From assembly GCA_045863335.1 (NCBI GenBank), contig BTVY01000009.1:1-64000 (forward strand): a stretch of 64,000 nt of DNA, in the 5' to 3' direction. Positions 50,483-59,898 of the stretch are shown piece after piece. The position numbers were made by a program, and so were the translations under genes. How positions within the stretch are numbered: the stretch's first letter is position 1; every line of letters starts with the position of its first letter. Origin of the DNA: Candidatus Hydrogenedentota bacterium (GTDB lineage Bacteria; Hydrogenedentota; Hydrogenedentia; Hydrogenedentales; SLHB01). The notes under the pieces were generated by a model. That model was not told the origin of the DNA, did not search any database, and saw only the letters and a list, made by a program, of their open reading frames with translations.

Positions 50483-51832
50483 CTACCGCTGTTTGCCTGC
50501 ACTCAGTTGCGAAGCCTTGCCACTCAGGAGGAGTTCCGCGACCATCTCCGGCCGGGCCTGAATTAGGTCGTCGGGGACGTTTTGTCCCACGCTGAAATAT
50601 CCCAGAGGCAACCCCGTCTCCGCGAGCGTCGTGTAGAGGCCCCCGTACCGGCGGGTCTCGTCGAGCTTGGAAAAGAATAGCGAGGTTGGCCTCAACGGTG
50701 CAAAGTTCTGGACGATTTGCCGGAGGTCGTCGAGTTGCGTGTTCGCCCCGAGCACGAGCATGGTCTCATCGGGCTGGGCCGCTTCGAGGATGTCGCGCAG
50801 TTCCCGGAGCTGTCCCTTGTTGAACTGGCTGCCTCCCGCCGTGTCGATGAGAACGAGATCGTAGCTGCGGAGTTTCTGCAGCGTTTCGCGCATCTCCGCG
50901 GCGTCGTTCACGACATGCATGGGAATGCCGATAATATTGGCGTACACGCGCAACTGCTCCGGCGCGGCCACGCGGTACGTATCCGCCGTGACCAGGGCGA
51001 CGCGCGCCCGTTCGCGCACGGCGAAATGGGCGGCCAGCTTGGCGAGGTTGGTCGTCTTGCCGACGCCCGTTGCGCCGACGAGCGCGACGACCCGGCCCGC
51101 GCCGGCGGAGAGCCCGATGCCACCGGCGACCTTGGTTTGCTTGCGAATCTCGAAGGCGACGCGCTGCTCGAGGATCCGCGAGTTCCGCATCAACTCAAGG
51201 TCGCTGTCTCGAATGGCGGAAGCGATAAGCGACGCGGCGGCTTTGCGCGAGACGCCGCAATCGATCAGGGATTTGTAGATGGGTGCGCATTCGGCCGGAA
51301 CGCCCGCGCCCGGCGCTTCGGCGACGAGCACTTCGACGAGTTCGCGCAACTCTTTCAGTTCCCGGCGCACCGCATCGCCCGATTCCGTTTCCCGCTCGGG
51401 GCGGCGGAATGGAACTACGGGAGCTACTGCGGCCTCTCGTCCCTGTCCGGAGGCGAGTTCCACCGGTTGGCGCACGCCGATGCGCTTCTGCGCGTCGCTC
51501 ACGAGTTGCTGGAAGTAGGCGACCGTATCTTTCACCGTCTCATCCGACCCGACGGCAGAGCGGCTCGCGACCTCTGTGGTTCTCATTTTCTCGTTGCCTT
51601 GCCGCGAAGCGCCCGCGTAGCGTTTCTCAACAGCGCTACGCTTGCGCGCCACGGGTTCGGCGGGCGCGGTGGCGGTTAATTCCACAAGACGCTTTCCAAA
51701 GAAGCCGAGCACGCCCCCCTCCTTCACCTGTGTCGTCCGCACGACAATCGCCGTGTCGCCGAGCCGGGCGCGCATGAGGTTGTAGGCCTCATCCAGGGAT
51801 GCCGCTCTGAACCGGTGGAATTCCTGTGCCAT
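50483..51832 (-). CDS. flhF: Flagellar SRP-type GTPase
   Basis: GATGVGKTT, DTYRVAA.EQL, DTAG, KLDET, GQNVPDD. Confidence 0.93.
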   Translation of the reverse strand: MAQEFHRFRAASLDEAYNLMRARLGDTAIVVRTTQVKEGGVLGFFGKRLVELTATAPAEPVARKRSAVEKRYAGASRQGNEKMRTTEVASRSAVGSDETVKDTVAYFQQLVSDAQKRIGVRQPVELASGQGREAAVAPVVPFRRPERETESGDAVRRELKELRELVEVLVAEAPGAGVPAECAPIYKSLIDCGVSRKAAASLIASAIRDSDLELMRNSRILEQRVAFEIRKQTKVAGGIGLSAGAGRVVALVGATGVGKTTNLAKLAAHFAVRERARVALVTADTYRVAAPEQLRVYANIIGIPMHVVNDAAEMRETLQKLRSYDLVLIDTAGGSQFNKGQLRELRDILEAAQPDETMLVLGANTQLDDLRQIVQNFAPLRPTSLFFSKLDETRRYGGLYTTLAETGLPLGYFSVGQNVPDDLIQARPEMVAELLLSGKASQLSAGKQR

Positions 51833-51833
51833 G

Positions 51834-53915
51834 TTAATCGCTCACCTGCCCTTCGCTCTCAAGCCGGACTGCGGGATCGATTTCGTTGTAGGACAACACG
51901 ACAATCTTCGGCATTTGCCGTTCCACGATGCGTTTGAAATAGCGGCGGACCTGTGCGGAGGTCAGCACGACGGGTTCCTGTCCGCCCAGCACCATGGGTT
52001 GGACGGCCTGAACCGTCTTCCGCGCCAAGTCCTCGGCGCGTCCCGGCTCGATGGGGATGTACTCGCCCGTTTCGGCCTTGCGCACGGCTTCGATGATTTC
52101 CCGTTCGATGTCGGGTGACAACGTCACGACACGCAGTACGCCCTCTTCGTCGGCATACTCGGCGCAAATCTGGCGCGCCAACGCATGACGCGCGTATTCC
52201 GTGAGCACTTCGATGTCGCGCGTGCGCGGACCGAAGTCGGCGAGCACCTCGAGGATCGATTCGAGGTTGCGAATCGAGACGCGTTCGCGCAGGAGGTTTT
52301 GCAGTACCTTCTGGATTTCGCCCAGAGAAAGGACGTTCGGCAACAACTCTTCGACGACGGTCTTCGCGGATTCGCGCACGTGGTCAACGAGATTCTGGGT
52401 GTCTTGACGTGTAAGCAACTCGGGGGCGTACGACGTTAGGATCTCGGTCAGGTGCGTGGCCAGTACCGCGGACGGCTCGACGATGGTGTAACCCATCCGT
52501 TCCGCGCGATCGCGTTGCGCCTGGGATACCCAGGTGGCCTTCAACCCGAAAGCAGGCTCCTGTGTCTCGATACCATCGATCTCCTCGTCCACCAGGCCCG
52601 AACTCATAGCGAGATAATGATCGGGCATCAGTTCGTACCGCGCGATCTCGGCTTCCCGCATCTTGATGCGGTACTCGTTAGGCCGGAGCCGCATGTTGTC
52701 GACGATGCGCACGACAGGCACGATGAAGCCCATCTTGGTCGCCATCTGCTGGCGGATCACCTGGATGCGGGTCAGCAGGTCGCCGCCTTGTTTGGGATCG
52801 GCCAGGGCGATGAGACCGTAGCCCAACTCGACTTTCAGCGGATCGATGGTCAGCAGGTCTTCCGTGCGCGCCGGTTCTTCGGTAACTTTCGCTTCCTCTG
52901 CTGCCACCTGCCGCGCGCGCGCCGCATGTTGTTCGCGCTGCATCGTCTGCCCCGCCTGGAAGGCGAGAATGCCGAGCAGGATTGCGACACCCATGAACGG
53001 AATCGTGGGCATGCCCGGCACGATGCCCATGAAGGCCAGGAGGATCGCGCTAAGTCCCAAGGCGCGCGGATAGCGCATGAGTTGTCGGGATAGGTCGAAG
53101 CCGAGATGTTCTTCGGAGACGCTGCGCGTGACGATCAGGCCTGCCGCCGTGGAAATGACCAGCGCGGGGATCTGCGATACCAGACCGTCGCCGATCGTCA
53201 GGTTGGTGTACACCTGAAGCGATTCAATCAGCGGCCGGCCCTGCAACAATGTCCCGATCACCAAACCGCCAACGATGTTCACAATCGTGATGATGATGCC
53301 GGCGATGGCGTCGCCGCGAACAAACTTCGTGGCGCCGTCCATGGCCCCGTAGAAGTCGGCTTCGCGTTCGATGGACCGGCGGCGTTCGCGGGCCTGCTCT
53401 TCCGTGATGAGTCCGGCGTTCAGATCGGCGTCAACGCCCATCTGCTTGCCAGGCATGGCATCCAAGGTAAAGCGTGCGGCCACTTCCGAGATGCGCGTGG
53501 CGCCGCGCGTGATGACAACGAACTGGATCACGACCAGGATCGAGAAGATGACGATACCGACCACGTAACTGCCGCTGGTCACGAATCCGCCGAAGGCGCT
53601 GATCACCTGGCCTGCATCCGCGTTGGCCAGAATAAGCCGCGTCGAGGCCACGTTCAGGCTCAAGCGAAACAAGGTCAGCATGAGCAACATGGACGGGAAC
53701 ACGGCAAACTCGACGGGACGTTGCAGGTAAATCGTCGCCATCAACACGACGACGGCGATCGAAATGTTGAGCGTGAGCAGGATGTCGAGCATCCACGTGG
53801 GAATAGGGATGACCAGCACGAGCAGAATCGCGACCACGCACAACGCGAGCGCGATGTCCTGATTGCGCATCAGGTTCCATCGCGGTGCCGCGAGATCGGT
53901 CTGCGTCGCTGCCAC
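51834..53915 (-). CDS. flhA: Flagellar export gate protein
   Basis: FRLSLNVASTR, EVAARFTLDAMPGKQM, FYGAMDGA, GDGLVSQIP. Confidence 0.97.
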   Translation of the reverse strand: MAATQTDLAAPRWNLMRNQDIALALCVVAILLVLVIPIPTWMLDILLTLNISIAVVVLMATIYLQRPVEFAVFPSMLLMLTLFRLSLNVASTRLILANADAGQVISAFGGFVTSGSYVVGIVIFSILVVIQFVVITRGATRISEVAARFTLDAMPGKQMGVDADLNAGLITEEQARERRRSIEREADFYGAMDGATKFVRGDAIAGIIITIVNIVGGLVIGTLLQGRPLIESLQVYTNLTIGDGLVSQIPALVISTAAGLIVTRSVSEEHLGFDLSRQLMRYPRALGLSAILLAFMGIVPGMPTIPFMGVAILLGILAFQAGQTMQREQHAARARQVAAEEAKVTEEPARTEDLLTIDPLKVELGYGLIALADPKQGGDLLTRIQVIRQQMATKMGFIVPVVRIVDNMRLRPNEYRIKMREAEIARYELMPDHYLAMSSGLVDEEIDGIETQEPAFGLKATWVSQAQRDRAERMGYTIVEPSAVLATHLTEILTSYAPELLTRQDTQNLVDHVRESAKTVVEELLPNVLSLGEIQKVLQNLLRERVSIRNLESILEVLADFGPRTRDIEVLTEYARHALARQICAEYADEEGVLRVVTLSPDIEREIIEAVRKAETGEYIPIEPGRAEDLARKTVQAVQPMVLGGQEPVVLTSAQVRRYFKRIVERQMPKIVVLSYNEIDPAVRLESEGQVSD

Positions 53916-53937
53916 GATCGCTTACTCCCTCATCCCG

Positions 53938-55050
53938 TTAACCATGCGCGGGCGCGCTCGACATGCCCGCCCGTTCGCGGCGCTTCTCCTCGCGCCGATC
54001 AATCTTGTAAACGAATGCCAATACTTCGGCCACGGCGCGGAACAGGTCTTCCGGCACCGGTTGTCCCACCTCGATGTTCTTGAAGAGGGCCCGAGCAAGT
54101 TCCGGCTTCTCCACGATGGGAACGTCGTGCTCCTCGGCGATTTCGCGAATACGCTTCGCCAGGAGCCGCGCGCCCTTCGCAATGACCACGGGGGCATCCA
54201 TCGATTTCGCGTCGTAACGCAGCGCGACCGCGAAGCGGATGGGGTTCGTGATGATCACGTCTGCTTCCGGGACCTCCGCCATCATGCGCTTCATCGCCAT
54301 CTGCCGCTGAATCTGGCGGATGCGCTGCTTGATGCGCGGATCGCCTTCCAGTTGTTTCAGCTCTTCCTTGGCTTCCTGCACCGTCATCATGAGATCCCGC
54401 CCGTACTGCCAGCGCTGGAATCCGTAATCGAGAATGCCCAGGATGAGCATGGCAAGGACTGCGCGAAACCAGACGAGGGCCACCAGTTTCGCCACCACCA
54501 CCATCATGGCGTCGGGGAAGAGGTGCATGGTGGACACCAGTTCGGGCACGCGGTCCTTCACCGTGTAGTAGACGATGATCGAGACGATGGCTAGCTTGAG
54601 GATCGACTTCAGCAGTTCAAAGGCGCTCCGGCCGCTGAAAAACTTTTTGAACCCGGCAATGGGATTGAGGCGTTGGAGTTTGGGTTGCAAAGCTTTCGGC
54701 GAGTATAGGAAGCCCACTTGCAGCACGTTAAGGGCGAGGCCGGCGATGGTCATCACGATACCGAAGGGCAACAGGATGGCCGCCAACCGCACGAGTACAT
54801 CCATACCCAAGGCCCGGAAGAGGTCTTCTTCCATGTCCAGGGTTGCGAAATTGCTGAAGTAAAACCGGGTCGCGTCGAGCATGCCGCCAAACAGGTCCGG
54901 GCCCATGTACCACATGGCGGCGAGCGCGATCATGAGCGACCAGGCAGAACTCAAGTCCTGACTTTTCGCGACGTTCCCTTCTTCCCGCGCCTTCTGAATC
55001 TTGGTTTGGGATGCAGGTAGTGTCTTCTCTCCGCCGGTATCTTCCGCCAT
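53938..55050 (-). CDS. flhB: Flagellar export switch protein
   Basis: EKT, EG.V.KS, EGDP.IK, TNP.., AP.V.AKG, LARAL. Confidence 0.95.
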   Translation of the reverse strand: MAEDTGGEKTLPASQTKIQKAREEGNVAKSQDLSSAWSLMIALAAMWYMGPDLFGGMLDATRFYFSNFATLDMEEDLFRALGMDVLVRLAAILLPFGIVMTIAGLALNVLQVGFLYSPKALQPKLQRLNPIAGFKKFFSGRSAFELLKSILKLAIVSIIVYYTVKDRVPELVSTMHLFPDAMMVVVAKLVALVWFRAVLAMLILGILDYGFQRWQYGRDLMMTVQEAKEELKQLEGDPRIKQRIRQIQRQMAMKRMMAEVPEADVIITNPIRFAVALRYDAKSMDAPVVIAKGARLLAKRIREIAEEHDVPIVEKPELARALFKNIEVGQPVPEDLFRAVAEVLAFVYKIDRREEKRRERAGMSSAPAHG

Positions 55051-55057
55051 CGTTCGT

Positions 55058-55828
55058 CTAGCTCAGTCCGCGCATTACTGTGTTGACGTTTCGGAACATC
55101 CGCTCAAACATGTCGTCGAGCAGATTGAGGTACATGGAAAGCGAAAAGGCCACAAGCAGAAGGCCCATGGCAATCGTCAAGGGGAATCCCACAACAAACA
55201 GATGAATCTGCGGCACGAGACGCCCCAGCAAGCCCATGGTCACGTAGGCCAACAACAACGCGCCTGCCACCGGCGCGGCGATCATGAGGCCGTCGTAGAA
55301 CATGACGCGTCCCCACGTGCTCACCTCGCGCAACAGCGCGGGGTCCATCATGAAACCTCCCAGCGGAATCCGCTCGAAGGACATGGCCATGGCTTTGATC
55401 ATGATGTGGTGGCCGTTCAAGGCCAGCAGATACAGCGCGGCGAGGATGTAGAGGAAGAAACCGAAGATCGGCACCTGCGTTTCCAGCGCGGGATTGAAGA
55501 CGTTCATCAGGGCGAAGCCGGTCAACATGTCGAGCAGCTGCCCTGCCACCTGGATGGCCGCGAAAACGAGGGTCATGGTGAAGCCCATCATCAGGCCGAT
55601 GATGAGTTCACCGGCGCCCAGCAGTGCGAAAGCGACGGGGTCGTCGGGCAAGGTCGTGCCGAACTCCGGAACCGTGGGGGTAATGAGTATGGCCGTGAGC
55701 GCGACCAGGCCTGCTTTGGCGATTACGGGAAAGTTACTGGATGCCAGGACCGGCGCGGACACAAACATGCCGCTGATCCGGATGAGCACGAGCAGAAAGA
55801 CTTTGAATACCTCGACCTCAAATACCAT
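55058..55828 (-). CDS. fliR: Flagellar export protein FliR
   Basis: GELIIG..G, AGQLLD..GF, GHH, PQ..F.VGFP; gene order. Confidence 0.93.
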   Translation of the reverse strand: MVFEVEVFKVFLLVLIRISGMFVSAPVLASSNFPVIAKAGLVALTAILITPTVPEFGTTLPDDPVAFALLGAGELIIGLMMGFTMTLVFAAIQVAGQLLDMLTGFALMNVFNPALETQVPIFGFFLYILAALYLLALNGHHIMIKAMAMSFERIPLGGFMMDPALLREVSTWGRVMFYDGLMIAAPVAGALLLAYVTMGLLGRLVPQIHLFVVGFPLTIAMGLLLVAFSLSMYLNLLDDMFERMFRNVNTVMRGLS

Positions 55829-55857
55829 AGAGCCGTCCGCCAGGAGCTGGCTTGCCG

Positions 55858-56127
55858 TTACTGCACAAGCGCATCGAAGTCACCGAACAGGGGACGCACA
55901 AAGGTGAGCAGCAGTGCAACCATCCATGGCATGAACACGGCGAAAGCCACCATCACCACGACGATCTTCGGAACGAAGGTCAGGGTGATTTCCTGAATCT
56001 GGGTAACCGATTGAAACACACTGATTAGCAGCCCCACGACCATCCCTGAAATCAACATGGGTGCTGAGACCAGCAGCGTGATGTACATGGCATTGCGGCC
56101 AAGATCCAAGACGGTGTCCGCGTCCAT
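55858..56127 (-). CDS. fliQ: Flagellar export protein FliQ
   Basis: VGLLISVFQSVTQIQEITLTFVPK..PW; ATG at 56127. Confidence 0.95.
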   Translation of the reverse strand: MDADTVLDLGRNAMYITLLVSAPMLISGMVVGLLISVFQSVTQIQEITLTFVPKIVVVMVAFAVFMPWMVALLLTFVRPLFGDFDALVQ

Positions 56128-56226
56128 CGCGTCAGCCCTTTTGCGCGAAGCAATTTCACCCCAATGACTTAGGTGTGCTCTCGAGCATTTTGCCCAACCC
56201 ATAGACACCCAAATCCGCTGATTGGC

Positions 56227-56281
56227 AAGATACCACAACATATAGCGGTTGTCAACGCAAATCATAGCTATAAATTGCGTT
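56227..56281 (-). promoter_or_regulatory. Sigma70-type promoter for fliQ with a 28-bp imperfect palindrome touching the -35 box
   Basis: Minus strand TTGACA-N17-TATCTT with extended TG; AACGCAAATCATAGCTATAAATTGCGTT at 56254-56281. Confidence 0.6.
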
Positions 56282-56386
56282 AGGTGGCGCAGAATCAGGG
56301 GGGCTTGTGGCGCTATGGTGGCCAGACGCGGTGACCATACCACGACGGACGGTAAGGCGGTCTTTCTTGGAGTAGTGGAGCCGGAC

Positions 56387-58087
56387 CTATTTCGCCTGCC
56401 GGCGACGGGAGGTTCGATAGTGGGATACGCCCAAGATCGCGATTACCGCGCCCAGGAGCAGCACATTCTCCGGGAATCCAGTGAAGAGGTCTTGGGACGG
56501 GGCCAAGGAGGCGGTCGAGACGAATTCGGACGCGTCTGATGGCCCGAGGGCAACCACGCCGCCATGACGCACGAGGATACCCAGGTAGGCTTTGTTCTCC
56601 AGTTCAAGGACGAGGGCGCCATCGTTCACCGCAAATCCTTCAACATTGCGGGCTGGAAACCAAGTCCCGCCTTGGTGATAGTAGACCGACAATGCGTCCG
56701 GAGACAGGCCCTCGGGGACGGGCAGCCAAACCCGTTGCGGGGCGGCGAAAGGTCCCTCGGGCATAATCCGGTAAGCGCTCGAAACCGAACCGGGCAACTC
56801 GGGAACCGCGTCCGGATCCAGTCTCTCAAGAACGGATTCATTCTGGCTTTCGTCAGCCGAGAGCAAACGCTGTCCTTCGAAATCGGTGTACCCCGGTTGC
56901 TCGACAAGCGCGGGGGCCAACATTTTCGTTGCCGAATCGACCACCGGAAACGCGTAGGTCAACGGTCCCAGCCGGTTTCCGCCGGCGGTTAGTCCCCCCA
57001 CCATCATCGTGACGACCTCGCCCGGATACCAAGCGCCTTGCGGACGATATACCACCCAACCGTCGCCGCCTGCGGAAGAATCGAGTGGCACCCATTCGAC
57101 GGCGTCATCCTCGAAGTCCGTCGCGGAGACGTAGCCCCACACCGACGCGATGGGCTCATCCGAGCGCAAACGAATCGCGATGGCATCGCCCGAGTGTATT
57201 CCCTCCGCGTCCGCGAATGCGGGCAGCACTTCCTCGTAGATTTTGGCGGAAGAAACCGCTTTTGAGCTTCCCCGGTATCCGGTGTCGGCACCCACGGGGT
57301 CGCTTGCCCCACAAGGACTTTGCGCCTGAACCCAGTAGTAATGGGTTGTGAAGCTTAGGGTGGAACCGGAGCCGCACCCGCCGGACGACACGAACGCTGC
57401 CGGGCTTGCGCCAAAATCGTTGAACTGCGTGTTGGCGGTCACCGCCAGGACCGTCGCCCCGGCGAAGCTGTTCGAGCTGTTGCGGTAGAGTCGGTAGGAG
57501 GTGGCTCCGTTGGCCGGATCCCAGGTTAGTTTGACGTGGTCGCCGAAGTCTCCATCGCTGGCTTTGAAGTTGGAGGGCTCGTCGGGAGCGGTGCATTGCG
57601 TGACCGTAAGGATTCCATCGGAGATCGTGGTCGCAATAGGTTGGGCGTTGGTATCCGTGGAGGCCTGGTGGGAACCCACGAGGGACAGTTGCTGTCCGAT
57701 GGTCGCGCTGCTCTTCACGATGAAGACCATGTTGACCAGACGGCCGTTCGGAATCACATTGTTATTCAAACCGAATACAACGATGGAGGCGACTCCGCTG
57801 GACGGTTCCTCGGCCGCCACTTCCTTGTCGGCGGATTCCGCGGCGGAGCCCGCTTCCGCGGAGACGAACAGCAGTTTGCTTGCGTCGTAGTTCACGCGGA
57901 AGTTCACGGCGACAGCATTCGAATCGGAATTGAAGTTCACACCGACTACCGTGGTGCTGGAAGCAAAACCGGAAGCATTGCGGATGTTGATTGACGCGTC
58001 TGCCCACACGGGACCCGTCATGATCAAGAGGCACGAAAGCAGCAAGGCGGCGGCGCGGAACGAGGCCGCAGACAAACGTGAGGTCAC
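56387..58087 (-). CDS. Surface protein: cohesin-like domain, Fn3-like domain, unknown beta domains, C-terminal TM plus basic tail
   Basis: Signal peptide; VNFRVNYDASKL...G.L..M.F; P..F.ASDG..V.LTW...YYWV; LLLGAVIAILG...RRR. Confidence 0.7.
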   Translation of the reverse strand: MTSRLSAASFRAAALLLSCLLIMTGPVWADASINIRNASGFASSTTVVGVNFNSDSNAVAVNFRVNYDASKLLFVSAEAGSAAESADKEVAAEEPSSGVASIVVFGLNNNVIPNGRLVNMVFIVKSSATIGQQLSLVGSHQASTDTNAQPIATTISDGILTVTQCTAPDEPSNFKASDGDFGDHVKLTWDPANGATSYRLYRNSSNSFAGATVLAVTANTQFNDFGASPAAFVSSGGCGSGSTLSFTTHYYWVQAQSPCGASDPVGADTGYRGSSKAVSSAKIYEEVLPAFADAEGIHSGDAIAIRLRSDEPIASVWGYVSATDFEDDAVEWVPLDSSAGGDGWVVYRPQGAWYPGEVVTMMVGGLTAGGNRLGPLTYAFPVVDSATKMLAPALVEQPGYTDFEGQRLLSADESQNESVLERLDPDAVPELPGSVSSAYRIMPEGPFAAPQRVWLPVPEGLSPDALSVYYHQGGTWFPARNVEGFAVNDGALVLELENKAYLGILVRHGGVVALGPSDASEFVSTASLAPSQDLFTGFPENVLLLGAVIAILGVSHYRTSRRRQAK

Positions 58088-58304
58088 AACTACACCTTTC
58101 TCGTAGGAAAACGGATTCCCTTACCTTCCGCAACAGTCCATTGTACTTACAATGCTTCCGGAGCGCCATTACATCCGGGCATCGGCCAACCTGGTACCAT
58201 GAACGTTCGATCGGTGAAGAATTGGGACTCCGAAGGGCCAAGGAGGCGGATTGTGGAATGTGATGGGTGGGTTATTTCTGTGGAAATCCATGCACTTCAA
58301 TGAT

Positions 58305-58772
58305 TTACTGAGCATCTCCGAGGTGGCTCTTCATGCGTTCTTGCCACCGGTCTCCAATATCGTGGTCCGAATCGAGGAATACGGTGAGCTGCGCCAAACG
58401 CCCCACAAATTCGTCGTCCACTAAATGCTCGAGCCGGCACGCTTCCCGATCCGCGACGTCAGGTTCGTATCGCAGCACATTGGCCAGAAAACGGAAGATC
58501 ACCTTATGCCGGGCCGTCAGCCTTCGGGCGAGCGCTTCGCCGTCCGGAGACAACACGACGTACCCATACGACTGGTGTTCCACAAGCCCTTTTCCGGCTA
58601 ACTCGCGAACGGCTCGGGACGCTGCAGGCCGGCTGACATTGGCGTGGGCGGCAATATCGCTGACGCTGCAGACGCGGTCTTGGGTGAGCAAGTCTGCAAT
58701 CGTTTCGATGTATTGTTCCATCGAGGGGCTCGTCTTCTGACGCCGACGGCGCGTACTCCCCTGTTTTTGCAC
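58305..58772 (-). CDS. DtxR/MntR-family metal-dependent regulator
   Basis: ME.Y.ETI, DIA...VS..AAS, Y..V.L..G, RH...FL, EACRLEH. Confidence 0.9.
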   Translation of the reverse strand: MQKQGSTRRRRQKTSPSMEQYIETIADLLTQDRVCSVSDIAAHANVSRPAASRAVRELAGKGLVEHQSYGYVVLSPDGEALARRLTARHKVIFRFLANVLRYEPDVADREACRLEHLVDDEFVGRLAQLTVFLDSDHDIGDRWQERMKSHLGDAQ

Positions 58773-59049
58773 GTGTTTATCTCCAGTTCACGGATCAGAC
58801 CAGGATGGGCAGCATCTGAAGTAGATGGCTCCCGCCCCGGTAGTCTACCACCATGGCGATAGTTGTGCACGCTCCGCCAAGTCGTGATGGGGACACGGGA
58901 TGTGATATCCTACCCGCAAAAGCTGGCTTTCGCTGTGGAGCCCATTGGCATCCATTTTGAGGCAGCCCGCAAACCGTGACAATCCGTGTTCTCCCGCCTG
59001 CGACTATTGCGCAACGGCATTATGCGGAGCGCCACCTGAGCACAAAAGT

Positions 59050-59898
59050 ATGGAAAACGTTGTGAAGGTATTGTTTTTTGGGGGGTTGGGACTCTACCTC
59101 GCCGCCGGTGTGGTCGCCCTGGCGTATCTGCGCGCCGGAAGTGCACGGACCCTGTCCATCCTCACCGGAGTCCTATCGACCGGATGCGGGGCACTTGTCA
59201 TCGTATTCGCCGTGCGCTGGAGCATGTTCGGGTTGCTCCCGTTGACGACCATGGGCGACGCTTTGAATCTTTTCGTAATCCTTGGCACGGCGATAGCGCT
59301 GTACATCGCATATACGAACAACGTTCGCCCCCTGCTCTCTTTTTTTGGTCCCGCGCTCGCGGCCTTATACCTGTACAATGCCGTGTCCGACTATAGTTTC
59401 CTTCAGCAGCAACCGAAGGCGCTGAATGGCATTTTTCTCGCGGTCCACGTGGGACTGGCATTCCTGGCCTACTCGCTATTCTTTGTAGCCAGTCTGACCA
59501 GCCTGGCCTACGTCTTCCAGGCGCGCAATCTGAAGCAACTTCACACGACCCGGCTGTTCCATAAACTGCCTTCGCTTGAGCAACTGGACCAGTCGTTGTT
59601 CAAGTTGATCACGTACGGCTATGTCTTCTTCGCCATCACCTTCGTGCTCGGCTTCATTTGGGCCTACATCGATTCCGACGAATTGGGCGCCCGATGGTGG
59701 ATGTCCGCAAAGGTCATGCGCGCGTTCTTCATGGCGATACTCTATTCGGTGGCATTTCACACGCGCCGGCAGGGCCGGCTTCGCGGGCAGAAACTTGCGT
59801 ATTTGGTCTTCGTCGGATTCGGCCTTCTGCTCGCATCGTATATGGTGCTGGGCCTTGTCAGTCTCGAAGATGTCTACTTCTGGAGACGGCCGCAATGA
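59050..59898 (+). CDS. Cytochrome c assembly (CcsA/HemX) family membrane protein
   Basis: About 8 TM segments, HV.LA.LAY, LPSLE.LD, G.IWA; coupled to hemA by an ATGA overlap. Confidence 0.82.
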   Translation: MENVVKVLFFGGLGLYLAAGVVALAYLRAGSARTLSILTGVLSTGCGALVIVFAVRWSMFGLLPLTTMGDALNLFVILGTAIALYIAYTNNVRPLLSFFGPALAALYLYNAVSDYSFLQQQPKALNGIFLAVHVGLAFLAYSLFFVASLTSLAYVFQARNLKQLHTTRLFHKLPSLEQLDQSLFKLITYGYVFFAITFVLGFIWAYIDSDELGARWWMSAKVMRAFFMAILYSVAFHTRRQGRLRGQKLAYLVFVGFGLLLASYMVLGLVSLEDVYFWRRPQ

